64,000 nucleotides of DNA. It comes from Podarcis bocagei. Taxonomy: Eukaryota. The stretch lies in assembly GCA_964188305.1 (NCBI GenBank), contig OZ076886.1; one strand, written 5' to 3'. Made by a program: the position numbers and the translations under genes. Of this stretch, positions 44,252 through 58,630 are shown in pieces (within the stretch, counting starts at the first letter, position 1; every line of letters begins with the position of its first letter). The notes under the pieces were generated by a model. The model was not told the DNA's origin. It did no database searches and saw only the letters and a program-made list of their open reading frames with translations.

Positions 44252-47200
44252 CCCTTTCTCCCATCGTGCCCATGTTCTCACCCGCCTCGTCAACCCCAGT
44301 TCCTGTAAGTGCAGACACAAAGTCAAAATGTCATGCCACCCATAAGCAGGGGGGTGGGGGGATGGGGAGAGATTCCTGTGGGAGCTGTGTGCTTTGGAAA
44401 GGAGCCAAGATGCCCAGGGAGTTTCAGCCTAGAGGAATAGCTTCTTATTATTATTTAGCCCTCCAGGCATTCAAGCCTTGCTTTTGCTCTTTGGCAATAC
44501 GGATTATGGATGAATAAGCATAAAGATATCCAGGCAACATTTTTTTAAAAAGAAAAAAAAAAGAATGAAAAACTCTTGCACACAATCCTTTACCATATCC
44601 AATCTCTTAACACCCTCCTGGCTTTGTGCTCTATAAGAGGGTGTTATTTACCCAATAACAGAGTTTCCTTTCTGATTGTGCACATCACTCCAGACACGCA
44701 CATTCATTCTTCTGAGGAGTAGCTCTATGGGAACAGTAAATGCCCCTTCTTTTTATTTATCTCTTTGTTGCTATTTTTTTCTAGAGCTTTTCTGATTTTT
44801 CTTTTCCTTTTTATGATGATTTAGAGGGTGATTTCATATGAAGTCCATTCCAACCAAAGGATGTTCCATGGGTGCGCAAATGTGTTTCTCACATGGGTGT
44901 GTATAAATATAAGCAATCCATACCAAGGAGGCCAGTGATTGTGCAGAGCAAGGGGGAGGAGTTATGTTGTGTCCCCTTTTCCATTTCTGTCAAATGAAGT
45001 GGTTCTTTCACAGTGTCGTCATATTTAGCACCATAGTGTACCATGGTAGCTGTGGTTTATGGGATAATCCTTGAGCATCATACATGTTGGTTCACACATC
45101 ATTTGAAGCTTAGCTGTGCTTTAAAAGGCGAACCTGCAGTGTGCTGGTGCACAGAGCAAAAACCGCCACTGCTTCATTCCTCCCCTACTCCTGCCAGGAA
45201 TGAAACCATGGTTTGGATTAGTGACACTTAAGAACCTGAGCTCACTGCTTGTTTTGTGCAAGCAAGCCAGAAGCCAGAAGCCAAGAACAAACTTGGGTAA
45301 TTTACAGTTTATGGTTTGTTTGGAGGGAGAGAAAAAAATGAGCCCAGGTTTAGACATAATCCTAGCAGCCTGGCATGAACAGAGGAAGAGCAAAGCAGCT
45401 GAGATGTTAACAGTGCCTCAAGTACCTTGCATGTTCATTTTTAAACTCTAGGTTTTTAAAGTGACACATCAGCCAGGCCAAAATCAGTTTTCTGGCTAGC
45501 ATGGGTTTTAAAAAACAACCCAACTATGAGGGTCATAAAATGTCTGGCTTACCTTTCTGGTCTCCTGAACATTGAGGGAGGAGGTCTGTTCTCCTCTGAT
45601 TTTGAGGGTGTGAGATGGTGATCTTCATCTCACTGTTCAGAAAGTTGCTGTGAACACTTCTGACCAAAACCAGTGAAACAGAAACTGTCTCTTCTAGCAC
45701 CATGGAAGCGGGAAAGGCGCTATTTCTACTACACGATTTCACTGCATTATAGTCTGTTCTGGTTCAGACCTAATATTGAAAGAAACTATTCATTGTAACT
45801 GGGGCTGGGGAAACCCAGCCAGATGGGCAGGGTGTTGTTGTTGTTGTTGGCATATTAAAGGAGACACTTGATCTTATGATGACTGACACTCAGGATAAAT
45901 GGAGGGCATCTGCATTAGCTTTTTCTTATATTAAGGTGTTCTCCCCCTCCAGTAATTCTGAATGAGCTGGAGCTTGGGGGAATATAAATGTCTTTCCTTA
46001 AGCATCACTAAAGGACAGCAAGGCTGGGCATGTGGTTGCTTAAAAATTACTTCTCTTTCTTTGCCCTCCACCTGCAGAGATTGTTGAGGTGCCTTATTTC
46101 CAGAGGTCAATTTTCCTCTTAATCTTCCACATATGCCTCCATCAAAACTCTCTTTGCACTTTCTCTTCCACCATCCATATTTTTTCTCTCGTGCCAGCAC
46201 TGGACTGGATCTTGTATATCCATCCATATCTGTCTTCAGGCTACTCCACCATGGTTTTCTGGTTTTCTTTTCCAGCTGAAACTATTTTTTTGTGGTTACT
46301 GAGTATCATCTCTCTTTTTTAACCACATCAGTTGTTTTTAAGGATGTTTTGTACTTCTGTAAATTTTGGGATTCCCCCTAATTACTCTAGTTTCTCGGTG
46401 GCTCAGTCTTGGCTCCACTTCTGCTGGCATGTTTGTTATTTAAAGGAGTGACGGAAGGAGGGCAGCAGACTAGAAAAGGTGTGTCAATAAGAGAACAAGT
46501 GTCTGTGTACTATGAGGGAGATGCAAGACCCTTTTTACGTTTTAAGTATTATTATTTATGAAAAGTTTTAAGTACAGATTTAAACAGATTTAATCTCATT
46601 TAGCTCTCTTCTTGACTTCCTTGACAACACCTTGGAAATGGTAGCTTTGCAAGAGTGCTGAGAATTATTTATTAGAGACTTCTGCACAGAACAGCAATTT
46701 GAAAGCCAGGGTGTACTTTGAAAGTCGTTCAAACTTGTAATATAGACACACATGGCATAAGATCTTTCCCTGAAAGCTCAGGGCAACTTAGAACATTTTA
46801 ACAGAATCAAACCTTGAAACTAAGGGCAGATCCATACCCTACATTTAAAGTACATCCAACACACGGCTTCCCCAAAAGTCCCAGGAACTGTAGTTTCCCC
46901 CTTACAGAGCTACAATTCCCAGCACCCTTAACTGCAGTTCCCAGGATTCTTTCTGGGAAGTTATGTGTGTTGAATGTGCCCTAACACTATGCAATGCATG
47001 CACTAGAAAAAGCAGACAGGGTACTAACACCCCTCATCTCCCCACACTTGCCATTGGCATCCATAGGCCATCTCAAATGAAGGTTCGTACAAAATACTTC
47101 CAGTAAATATTCTGGTTCATGTCGCTCTTGTATGAATTTAATGTGACATGATCTGACGTTCTTGGTTGATCATGATGGTTAAAATATCGTGATGGGAGTT

Positions 47201-47466
47201 GAGGCATGAATCCATATATTTCAAAGTTGTATAGGAACGAGGATGGACATTTATCGGTAGAAATATGCCTGGCCATGTGGCTCATTTAAGCATCATTCTA
47301 TTCCAGATTCAGTTTCACTGTGGCAAGCCACTTCAGCCTTCTATCTTGCTGAAAAGACCTTCACACTTACAGCTGATTCAGCCGCCTTCATTGTATTCAC
47401 TTCAATGTGGGTTTATGTTTGCAGTTACTTATATTAAAACTCCATTTTGTTTAATTCTGGTTTCAG

Positions 47467-48285
47467 AACTCCATTAGGCACAACCTGTCCTTGAACAAGT
47501 GCTTCATCAAGGTGCCACGAGAGAAGGACGAACCAGGGAAAGGTGGATTCTGGAAGATCGACCCCCAGTATGCAGACAGGCTGATGAACGGAGCGTTCAA
47601 GAAGCGCAGGATGCCCCCCGTGCAAATCCACCCAGCTTTCACCGGAAGACTCCAGCAGGATGCTGGCTCCAGTTCATTGGCTCACCAGGCGGTGGCATCT
47701 TGGAAAAACAACAGCATCCTGAAAATCAACATGGAGTCTCAGCAGCTGCTCAAAGAGTTTGAAGAAGCCACCGGCGACCAGAACTGGAACCCGGCAGATG
47801 GGAAAATGAGCCATAAACGCAAGCAGCCACTCCCCAAGCGAATGTGCAAGACAGCCCGTCTCTCCAGCTCCCCCCTGCTTACTCAGGAAGAGCAGACAGA
47901 GCTTGGGTCTCTGAAAGGTGACTTTGACTGGGAAGCTATCTTCGACACCACCTTAAATGGTGACTTCTCCACCTTCGAGGATCTGGAGATCACTCCTCCT
48001 ATCAGCCCAATAACCAGGGATGTAGACTTGACTGTGCATGGAAGACATATTGACTGCCCACAGGAGTGGTGCCCTGCCGGGCAGGATTACATCCTAACCG
48101 AATCCAACCAGAACAGCTTGGACTTTGACGAGACCTTCATTGCCACTTCTTTCCTCCAGCATCCCTGGGATGAAGGGAGAAACGATTACCTCTCGAGTTC
48201 TGTCAACATAGACCCGCTCTTTGAACTCAACGATCCTTCATTGCAGACGGAAATGAATGACTGGAGCAATGCTGGGTGTCTTTAA
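47467..48285 (+). CDS. FOXJ1: FOXJ1 last coding exon ([29 protein letters not shown]...[11 protein letters not shown]...; total protein 446 aa)
   Basis: tttcag acceptor, phase 0, completes the forkhead domain; stop TAA at 48283-48285. Confidence 0.97.
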   Translation, partial: NSIRHNLSLNKCFIKVPREKDEPGKGGFWKIDPQYADRLMNGAFKKRRMPPVQIHPAFTGRLQQDAGSSSLAHQAVASWKNNSILKINMESQQLLKEFEEATGDQNWNPADGKMSHKRKQPLPKRMCKTARLSSSPLLTQEEQTELGSLKGDFDWEAIFDTTLNGDFSTFEDLEITPPISPITRDVDLTVHGRHIDCPQEWCPAGQDYILTESNQNSLDFDETFIATSFLQHPWDEGRNDYLSSSVNIDPLFELNDPSLQTEMNDWSNAGCL

Positions 48286-49141
48286 TGAGTGACAAGAGCC
48301 CTGGCTGGAAGGCTCAAGATCATCCCAGGTTGACCTGCTGTATGAACAAGATTGGCCCAGTGCTGCAGGACTTTACACTAACAGTAGAATCCTCTAGCAA
48401 ACAAGACATCTTCATTCTTGGGACCACGTGGATCACAGAGGTGTCGGGGGTGGGGAGGGAAAGATCTGGAGAATTTGGCAGGATGTATCTGAAAGCAACA
48501 CACGGGGAACTCTGTACCCCAAAAGACAACAAAATAATAATAATACAGTACTTATTTTTGTGTTCTTTTAAAGAAATATGGAATTTTTCTACTTTAGGGG
48601 TGGAGGGAATTGAAAAGGGCATATCTTCCTTGCAGGGGAGGGCATGACATTTGAATATAATGGAATAGGATGGAAGAGCTGGCCTTTTCTGGTTACTAAG
48701 AACATGTTAGATCTGTGATTTCTGTAATTTCCTCTTCCTTCTTTTGTCCATTTGCTTCTCCCTCCATCCCTCTCTTTCATGTGAGTGTGTTTGCATTGTT
48801 TCTACCCAGGGAAAATTTCTTATAGGTAAAACGGGACAATTAAGTAGCAGGCAAATACAATTCCCATCTGTATTCTAGGAATTTCAGCCACCAGTCTATC
48901 TAGGACTAGTTTAGATGTCGACATCTGTATTTTCAGAAATGAATCAACAAGGCAAGATCTTTCAGGCTTATAAAATAGAGAGCCTACTATATATCTATAT
49001 ATCTATTACAAAACCTATATTTTTAGCTACAGGGCACAATCAGTAGAGTATTTACAGCGGGGGTGGGGAATGAGGATTGTTTGTAATAATGTTAATTAAG
49101 ATTGAAGTGTATCAAGCATTTGTTATACAGAGGGGAAATGT

Positions 49142-49147
49142 AATAAA
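49142..49147 (+). terminator. FOXJ1 candidate polyadenylation signal AATAAA
   Basis: AATAAA ~860 nt after the stop, preceded by TGTA, with U-rich sequence downstream. Confidence 0.6.
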
Positions 49148-52100
49148 ATATGCAAGTGGGAATTCCTGCCAGTAGAGGATTTTTAAAAATCCACAAATGG
49201 GGGCCTGGCATTCTCTAGACGGTCCTTTTTACTTATTTTTGTATCTTAAATTCTTTACATTTTTGCAATCTTGACTGTGTATACTGTAAAGCCTAGACAT
49301 TTGAAGTCATGGCAGGCAAGCCCTCTAAAGTCTTGAACAACTAACAAAGTGCCGTACCCTTTCCTAGCCAGAAGCTATGAAGGCATCTGTGTGATTAAAA
49401 GACAGACTCTGACAAATCAGTTGCCAACACAACTGATCAGTAATGAAGGGCTATTATTTTCCTCTCCTTTTGGCCAAGCGATCCCGGGTGGGTACTTCTA
49501 AAATATTCCTCTGCTTTAGTTAATGTCTCCGTATATTTGAGTCTCTAGCCAGAGAAAGTTTAAAACAAAACTCCGAATGGGCATGTTAATCAGTGGCTCT
49601 AGACTCATGGTAGGTACACACTGTGTGATAATTTGTATTCAGTGCTGGATGAAAGTGCACTTTTGAGGTGCCGTACATACCGACAACATCCTGCTGCATA
49701 TTTAAAAAATGCACATTTTTTTCAAGGTGAGGAAGGAACTACACATGTGCAAGTGCGGTGAGGTGTTGCACCATTTATTCCAGCGCTTAGGGGGTGTGAC
49801 TAGACTACATGAATGGAGGGGAGTAGAGAACATCGCTGTTCACTGCTTCTTAAACCTCCTACCTGTATGTACAGATAGCACAGAGACTAACTCCCGCTTT
49901 AGGCAACGTTGCTGTGCAAAGCTATGTACAATGGCAAAGTGCTATGTACAAAAGCACTCTATGGAATAACAAGCCCTGTGTATTTCAAACTGTACGTGTG
50001 CCCATAGCCTTAAGTGGATGGTTACAGGCCAAAGGCTGTATATGCGGTAGAAACTGCAAATGAAAGCTTCCCCCTGCCTTCTTATTTAGCTTCCATCCTA
50101 GAACTGAAGTTGCCACCCAGCTAGGTGTTTAGCCCACAGCTAATGTTAACCCAATAGTCATCTTAAGCTTTATGTGCATTCAAGTAAACTCTGCATATTC
50201 CCAATAGTTATGGAGATTCCCCCTGGGAACCTGGCAGTCTTGTCTGGAACATGATATTTTATAGGTATTTACCTTTCTGGAATGGTAAAGCTCTACTGTC
50301 TGCATTTAGCAGACGCAGAAACAAACAGAACGTTCATCAAGCAAACGTCAATCCTTTTTTTCTTTACTTCTCTGCACCTTCCTGAATAATGTACACCCAC
50401 GTGCATTATGTTTTGAAATGTTAATGTTTCCATCCCCTTAATCAGTCTGCCCCAATGATTTTTAAGTGGGGAAAGGCTACAACCTGGGGAGAAAAGTGCA
50501 GGCTTTCTGTTTCTGTGTGACAAATATGATGAACTGCGATAAATGCCTCTTTAGAACCGCATCTGTTCACATCAGAGTATTCTGCCCGCCCACCAGTTTA
50601 TTTTAACAAAAGAGCTAGACTTCCAGGGACAATAATTTGACACCTAGAGATGGCTGCTTCCCATGCTACGTTCTCTTTGTTCACAGTTAAAAAAAAACAT
50701 AACCCGCATCATGGACACAGATGAATCCGCAGAGAATCCAAGCACAGCTCTTTGCTTTCTGCCCCCAATATTAGTCCTGTGCTCACATTAGTGTGCAAGG
50801 AGAGATGCGGCAATGAAGCATTGTTATTTCCTAGCATTTTTAGTATTCAGTGTGCTTTGCAATCATCCTCACACCATCCCTCAAAGGTAGGCCATTAAAT
50901 CTCTCTTTAGGCAGAAGACTGAAGGCCATTCCAAATGGCCTGGGTTGTTTTTATGTGCAGTAAATGTGCATTTGGTTCTGAGTTGCTGCACACTTTCTAT
51001 ACACATCGGCTGCACATTATATTTTCCAAGCACTTGACCCAAATTTATTTTTTTTATCTTGGGATATGCAGAGTGCACACAGTCTAGAAAGGGCAACCTG
51101 TGGACTACACATCCAACCTCTGATACAATTTTTTTGTGTAATCAAGAGTTTATGAGTTCTGGGCAGCACCAAGGTAGTCCCATATTTGGGATGGGGATAG
51201 ACACCATTTATTCCTTGAAGCGTCTGCAGGAATGTAGGACATAAATTCCCAGATAAAATAAACTGCCCCCAAGCATGGACAGCTTACATCCTGCCAAGTA
51301 CTAGACTCCTAAAGGGTAACAGAGCCACGCCTCCTGGGTTGTAAAAATGTTCTGCCTTGTGACATTCACAGATGAACTGCCACCACCTGCCTAGTCTTCA
51401 TTACTTGGGTGATAAAGCACATGGCCCCCCAAACTGGCCATCTCTAGTCTAAAATATATTGCCTCCAAAGGTCAATGTAAGAAGACTACTCTGGAGGTAC
51501 ACACACACACACACACACCTGGAAAAGTCACAGGCATATGAGTACCTGAAAAAGCAAAGTAATGGAAGGCAAAGTATGTTCATATTCTGGGACCAGCTGG
51601 TATTAATATTGCTAATAAAAATCAACAGAGCTTCCTGGAGCTGAGCAGGATTCAGCCCTCTATTTGATTTGTAGTGGGAGTGTAGAAGAGTACTGTATCT
51701 GGGAACCATATGGATCACCTAAATATAATGGGGGAAGAGGGGAACCACTGACATGGAACTGAAATATGAGCAATTCAGATTCTAATCCACTCCTTTGCTG
51801 TTGGAAATGTTATTAATTTACAGTGAGTTAAAATACTAGATTTTCTTTGGAGTGTGTTTAGATTAATGAAAAATAGCAAGCTAGGAACTGTTGCTGTTGG
51901 AAACAATATTAGAAACCTTAATCATGTCCGTAGATATGTGTACATGTCTCTCTCTCTCTCTCTCTCCTTATTGCTTGTTTATTGAAAAATAAAAATTAGT
52001 TTGGGTAACTACTGGAAAAGAAAAGCCCTTATTTTAAATTATGGAAGAGTATATATTTCAGAACTAAAAGGAATGGGGACTTACATGCAAAATGGACCAG

Positions 52101-53569
52101 GTGCTCAGCATCAGTTTTGAAACAAATACCGGTAATTGAGGAAAAACGGAATGATTTGCTGAATTTAAAATTTGGAACTTTAATTCAGTGCACTCAGATT
52201 TGGAATTCACGTTTCAATGGACACGAGGCATACAGAGTTCAGCATTTTAAAATCCTATTGTTCAGTGAAAGAATTAAGTTTGCGCTTTAACTCTCTTCCA
52301 CCAAAATCAATAGGACTAAATAGAAATCCAATGGATTTTTGTTATGTCTCTTTGTATTTTGGGATTTGGCATTTGAAGCACAGATATATATTTGAAAAAA
52401 CCTAAATATGTAAATATGTACTCTCAGATTCACAACCTAAATGTAATATTCAGCATTCAAATCAATGAGATTTTTGTCCTTGATTTCAATGGGTTCTGGT
52501 TGCAGTCAGTGACTTTACTTCAACTTATTTTTAAAAAAACCTAATACTGCTGCAAATCTAATTTCAGTGTTCTCCTAATGAGTAAAGTTGCTTTATTGCA
52601 GTCTATGACCAGTATCAGGATGACCAGTATCAGGAGGTATTTAAATTCGTGTTCATCTTGCACGTTTAGAATAGTAAATTTGTTCAAGCTTTTCTCAAGA
52701 GGTACAGATCAGTTTAGGTCTATGGAAGTTGGCTTGAATTTCTGGGCAGCCTACTGCTGAAAGCCTGGTCCCAGTCTCTATACAGGAAGCTTCAGGAGCA
52801 CAGTGTAATTCTAGAGATCAATGGCTTCAGAAAACATAGCAAAGTCTAGAGGAGAATCAGCAGATGGAAGTTCTAACAAGAAAGGCAAATGTGTCTGGCG
52901 GAACCAACTACTCATCTGCGCACAAAAGGGCAAGTTGTGAGAGAATGGAATCCAATTTGCCTCCTGGTGAACCTACCAGAGATAAAAATCAAATTATGCT
53001 CCCCCCCCTTATGTCAAACTGGGAGCATTGGGCCCGCCTGTTGCTTGCACAGGATCTAGGTGGAGGAACATGACACAAAGTTACTCACAAAACTCATTTG
53101 CTGCATCTGGCTTCTGCCCTCCAGATGTTTTAGACCACTGCTCTGAGCAGCTCCTGGCTATGGCTGATGTGCGTTGTAGCCCAAAAACATCTGGAAGCCA
53201 CAAGGTTGGCAAAGGCTGTGCTATACAAACAAGGTGGGAGCTATCAAAATGCACACACTACAAACTATTTCCAAGCCTCTGTTATGGTCAAACTTGCTAA
53301 ACTTCCAGCCAAGAAGCTCTGAAAAATAAATTCTCTGTAGCAATGCAAAACGTTAATTCCACGAGTGCTTTAATAGAAACCGCAACAGAGAAAATGGGCT
53401 GCTTCCACACTGGGGCTTTCTAGCACTACTGATGGACTGGGTATAATTCAACATAGTGCTAAGAAGTTTCCGGGTGAATCCTTAAAGCTGGCTCTTTCAA
53501 GACTTCCCTCTCTTGTAAAGTGGCATTGCCCACCCCATGGCTCCAGATCCTATTCAGCTTAATATAGTA

Positions 53570-53811
53570 CAGTGGTACCTCAGGTTAAGAACTTAATTCA
53601 TTCTGGAGGTCCGTTCTTAACCTGAAACTGTTCTTAACCTGAGGTACCACTTTAGCTAACGGGGCCTCCCGCTGCTGCTGTGCTGCTGTAGCACGATTTC
53701 TGGTCTCATCCTGAAGCAAAGTTCTTAACCCGAGGTACTATTTCTGGGTTAGTGGAGTCTGTAAGCTGAAGTGTCTGTAAGCTGAAGCGTCTGTAACCTG
53801 AGGTACCACTG
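53570..53811. mobile_element. Tc1/mariner-type MITE (same family as 4443-4668)
   Basis: TIR CAGTGGTACCTCAGGTTA / TAACCTGAGGTACCACTG, TA TSD. Confidence 0.88.
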
Positions 53812-54670
53812 TATTAACCATGAAAGACAAAGGTCAAGCCAACTTTATAGTAGTTAGCACAATTGTAGCACAATTATTTGCATCTCCAGACTGTAAAAAC
53901 TGAAATTCAGCCAATAAAACATGGCCAGAGCTTGCTACAGACACTTCCCCAGATCATCTGGATTCATTTCAAGCTAGTTTAGGCCTACTTTGGGGACTGA
54001 AATGGCTTTGGGCAGTTCCCACTCACATTTTGATGCACCAATGATGCATAATGCAACCAGACCTGGGATTATGGAAAGGGCTTTCCTGAACCATGTTATA
54101 TAACCAGTGAGAATTCTACTAGGGAGACATGATGCTCAGCACCTCATTTCTTATCTTTCCCTGCACATCCTCCCAGCAAGGCAACCTCCTCTGCAATGTC
54201 TACTTCCTTTGTGGAGCCTTAGCTGTAATTCCACAAGCAGCTGACAGCAAAAGGACAGAGAGCTACAGTAGTGCAGAGGAGCGACCCAGGCGTACTAGGC
54301 AACCCGAAGGCAAGACCAAAAACAGGGAGTGAGCAGCATTTTGGACCTCAATGATTCAGGGCAAGGGTGAATTTTCCCATCCCCTGAAGTTCACTTCAAC
54401 AGGCGGATGGAGCCACCACCTGTTGATCACCTGGTGTCACTTTGACAGCAGGAAAGCCAATGATTCTTTTTCCCTTGGCAGCCCAGCTTGAACTCAAGAG
54501 GACCCTACTATAAGTGGGATTTGCAGGCACCACCAGCTGCCTGGAAACTCTGCTTTGGTAAGGATGAGCTGCTCCCTATATTTTAGCATCACATTAGATA
54601 TCACGGGCAGAAGCATGTTACATACTCTGACGGACCCTTTAACAAGCCCAGGACAAAAAGCAGCTTTGGG

Positions 54671-54810
54671 AATCATAGAAGTGTAGAGTTGGAAGGGACC
54701 ACAAGGGCCATCTAGTCCAACTCCCTGCAATGCAAGAATCTTTTACCCAACGTGGGGCTCGAACTCACAACCCTGAGACCAACAGTCTCATGCTCTACCA
54801 AGTGAGCGAT
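54671..54810 (-). mobile_element. SINE with tRNA-Lys-derived head and CR1-type tail
   Basis: Minus strand has a tRNA-Lys(CTT)-like head (...gagcatgagac...tcagggttgtgagttcgagccccacgttggg) fused to a CR1 3' end (ttctatgatt); a tail-only relative sits at ~59371-59440. Confidence 0.75.
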
Positions 54811-54881
54811 CTCTCAGGGTGAAGACAAGGAAAAGACACTCAGGAGGATAGGAGAGCATGGGTGTGTGTTTATGTGTGTGT

Positions 54882-54916
<35 letters not shown>

Positions 54917-55114
54917 GCTTTGCTCCTGCTCTTAGTCATCCCCCCTTCTTTTTGCACCGTGGGGTTCCAAATAAAGGTTTACCTGCAAAATGGGACTGGT
55001 TCAAGATATAGACATTTAGCATAGCTGAAAAGGTACATTAGTATCGTGTATTAGTATCCTTTTCTTTTCAGACAGAACAAAGAAGGGACCGAGGTAGCAC
55101 TTCACACTCTAGAG

Positions 55115-55261
55115 CAGGGGTAGAGAACCTCAGGCCTGGGGACTGACTGTGGCCCTCCACACCCCTCTCCCCAAGCTGCACCCCCCTTCTCAGCCACCCC
55201 CCTCAACTGCCCTGCTTTGGAATGTGTCCTTGAGCTCTGCTAATGCCCTCTGGATGAGGAT

Positions 55262-55315
<54 letters not shown>

Positions 55316-55455
55316 AAGCAGTTTATGGTACAGAGGCGAGATTTAGTTCCTTTGCTCACTTTTACCTCTGGCCAGGTACCTCATTGGCCTGTGGCTCCTG
55401 GAAGGCTGCACAGAAGGAAATGTGGCCTTTAATTTGGAAAAATATCCCCACCCCT
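55115..55455. mobile_element. Degenerate hAT-like MITE containing a (GT)n array
   Basis: CAGGGGTAGAGAACCT left end after a CTCTAGAG target; right end tccccacccct is decayed. Confidence 0.45.
55265..55312. repeat. (GT)n microsatellite
   Basis: Read directly. Confidence 0.98.
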
Positions 55456-58400
55456 TCTCGTGGGGGTGGGACTTGATGAAATGAAGAAAATTCAGTCCAT
55501 TTCTGTAGTGGAAACTATCTTGTGCTCACTCCAAGCTAGAAAGCTCTGGTGTGGAGAAGAGATGGCCCAGGTACCCTGAGAAAAGCACGGGAGTGAAGCA
55601 CACACAAAGGAGACAGTAATAGATGAATCCACTTGAGGCTAATTATGATCAGAAGCAATTGCTTCTGTGAAGATGTTGGAGGCAAAGAGGAGAGGGGAAG
55701 GAAACATGAAAGGTTAGGGAGGGTGAACTAATGACCTTTGAGTGGCACAAAGGCACTTGAGGAACAGTACAGGAAAGAATGCCAGCCACGCACTGGTCAA
55801 GCCATGCGGTGAATGGGTTGTTTTAGGGTGGGACCAGGTCAAAATTATGAGCTTAGGGGTCGCCATGCTTCATTGGGGTATGGCAGCTTCAAAATAGGAG
55901 GCATCCATGTATTTTTTGAAAAGGAAGTTTCAGCAGTCTCATATTCTAGGGAATATGTTAGAGAAGTTGCATTGGTTCAGGAAACCTTCACCTTTGGTAC
56001 AGCCATAGGGAAAGTGGAAACTGGCAGCTAGTGAGAAGCACAAAACCTTTAAAATCATTATTACATGGAGGTGTGGCATCTCGCACAGAGCCCCTTCCTT
56101 CGTTCCGCTTAATGTCCCAACACCTCACCAGGAAGCTAGCTCAGATAATCCAAGAATTAAAAAGGGGGCACAGGGATTCAGCCTGCCTCAACTCCTAACA
56201 ATCTGACCTCTCTATCTAGCCGAACTTTTTGTGGCCCTCCAGACGTTGCTGGACTACAGTTCCCACCATCTCTGCACCATCCTATTAGCCATGTTGTCTG
56301 GGAATGATGGGAGCTGGAGTCCAATGGGTTCCCCACTCCTGTTGTACATGAGCAAAGGGCCCTGCATCTCCTCCCTCCTCACCCATTTACCTGCCACCTG
56401 CCTGTACCCCCAACTTCTCTCCCTTCCAACTCTTAATATTCCCACTCCCACCAGATGAGACTGGTATCCATGAGGCATTGCAACAAAAGTCTTCCAAACT
56501 ATCATTAAAATAATAATAATAATAATGGTGGACCACACTACCGTTGAGTGAATTCTGAGATGCTCAGATCCCTTTCGTTTTATTTCCTATTATGTACCAC
56601 AGCTGGGGTATCTTACTTGCCAGCATCCAAGAGGCCACGTGTGACATTGTGCAGGGGGCTCCATAGCAAATCTACTGATGCAGAAAAGGCATCAACTGAG
56701 GTAGAAAGGACATCAATTCCCCGACAATAGGACATTTCAACTCTCCTTGTTGTACGCAGCCCAAACTACCCAGTTACAAGAGAGAAACCTGTGATTGCCT
56801 TGTGTTTGTGTGTGGTCATCCTTCTCCCCCCACCTTCTGTTTTCACTATTTAAAACCCCCTCCATCACCTTGAAGTTGCTGGGGTTGGGAAAATCCAGGT
56901 ACCTGTATGATTTTGGCTCCCATGGGGCCACCAGGAGCTTCGGAAGGTTTAAATGGGGAGGGAAAGTGGGGCTGACGGCGGGTCAACCACCTCCCCACAG
57001 CTGCAATGCTGCTCCAGCTCAACCCCCACGGCTTTTAAGTAAGTACAAATCCGTCTGTCAGGGGGACAGCAGGCCTCCCAAGTTACCTGTTGTTTAGCCC
57101 GGGCAGTTGTCAAAAACAGCTGTGCCAAGCAGCGCCTTTTTTAAAAAAAAGCAAGATACCCCCCCCCCGCCTCCAGCCCACTCTCTTCGGCTTCTCCCCC
57201 ACCCCTGCAAAATGGAAACCCTTTAAAATATAAAAGGGAAACGTGGAAGCGGATGGAAAAAAAAACCCACCCACCCCCCCTACGATTCTTGCAGCGGCAA
57301 AGTGTCAGCCAGACCCCAGGAGGGAGAGCGAAATAAAAGCCGCATCGTCATACGAGGCTTTGGAGGAAAGGGGTGGGAGGTGGAGAGAGAGAAACCACCA
57401 CCTTTTGTCCAGTTTTAAAAACGAAACAAATTTCTGAGTGGTTTTCCACCCCACCAGTGAGGGGTTGGGTCGGGTCCACCCTTTCAAACATTTGTGTGCT
57501 GCAACAGCAGCCCACAAGATGCGTTTGTAACGGGGGTAGCGGGGAGAGTAGATGGGAACAACGGTGGCGTAACCAGGGCGAGAGGTGGAGGGGGGTACAG
57601 AAGGCGGGGGTCTTGGGTTTTTTTTCCCCTTTTCCTTCTTCTTTTCCTTATTATTTTTAAACTTCGATTCCCTCAGAGCTTGACGCTTTCCAGCAGCCAA
57701 CAAGGAGGAGATTGAGCGCAAAGAATGCGAGACAATAAAACTTTCTCCCCCTGGGTTGTCAACTTTGCCCTCCAACGTGAGCTTAGGGGGAGACTACAGC
57801 GCCTCTTACAAAGCACTATGTGTACTCAGGGAGAGAAAAAAGAAGGGGGGGGGGGAGAAACACCGAGAAAGGCAGGTCACGGCCCTTTCGCTGCTCGGCC
57901 TGCCCGGGCTTGCCTGGTAAAAGCAGGAGTTTTCCAACACCAAAGCTTGTGGGCAGGACTCTTCCCCACCCAGGCACCTCAAGGCCTCGCTCCGTTCCCG
58001 GGGGAAGTGGCGCGCTTCCCTCCCTAACTGCAAAACCACAAGCGAGGCCAGGGTGGGGAGGAGCGAGCGGAGCTTGCCAGGGGTTTTTGTGTGTGGAGGG
58101 GGGAACGTGGTGGAATCTTATTTGTTTGTTTAAGCCAGTCAGTTTCACAAAAAGCGTTGAGGGCTATTCTCCAAAGCGGGGCAGAAAGGAAGGGTTTTTT
58201 CTTCCCTGTGTGTGCGAGCACAGCAAATGCATTGCAGTTTGGCAGATCAAACAAGAATTGTGCAACGCAAACTGTGCAATGGCCATCGACCCTGCTTGCT
58301 GCTTCTTTTTCTTCCACAGTCATGCAGCTGATTCGGGTTAGAGCAATTTGCTCCCCAGCCCCCAGTTGAGGCGAGCTCAACCCTTCTAGACAATGGGTTA

Positions 58401-58630
58401 GTTGCAGGCTTCTTCGGATTAGGCAGGCCTCTTGTTGGTAGAGGGCCTGAGCATCTTTCCCACGGGCCTGGGCTAGCAGAAATTGCCTTTTCCCCAACAG
58501 CAAATGAGAATGTTTTGTTCTGGTGTGCACACAATCAATTCCCACCTCCAGAACACCTGGCCAAGACACTTAAAATGGCTGGGCTGCCCTATGGGGTGAA
58601 GGACACATTCCCCTCTCACACCCCTGCGTC

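Noticed and set aside
48276-48647. 123-aa ORF overlapping the FOXJ1 stop
   Set aside because: Starts at a non-ATG codon in a different frame within the 3'UTR; no recognisable homology
54743-54810. tRNA-Lys gene
   Set aside because: Mutated anticodon and D arms, and fused to a CR1 tail, so it is a SINE head
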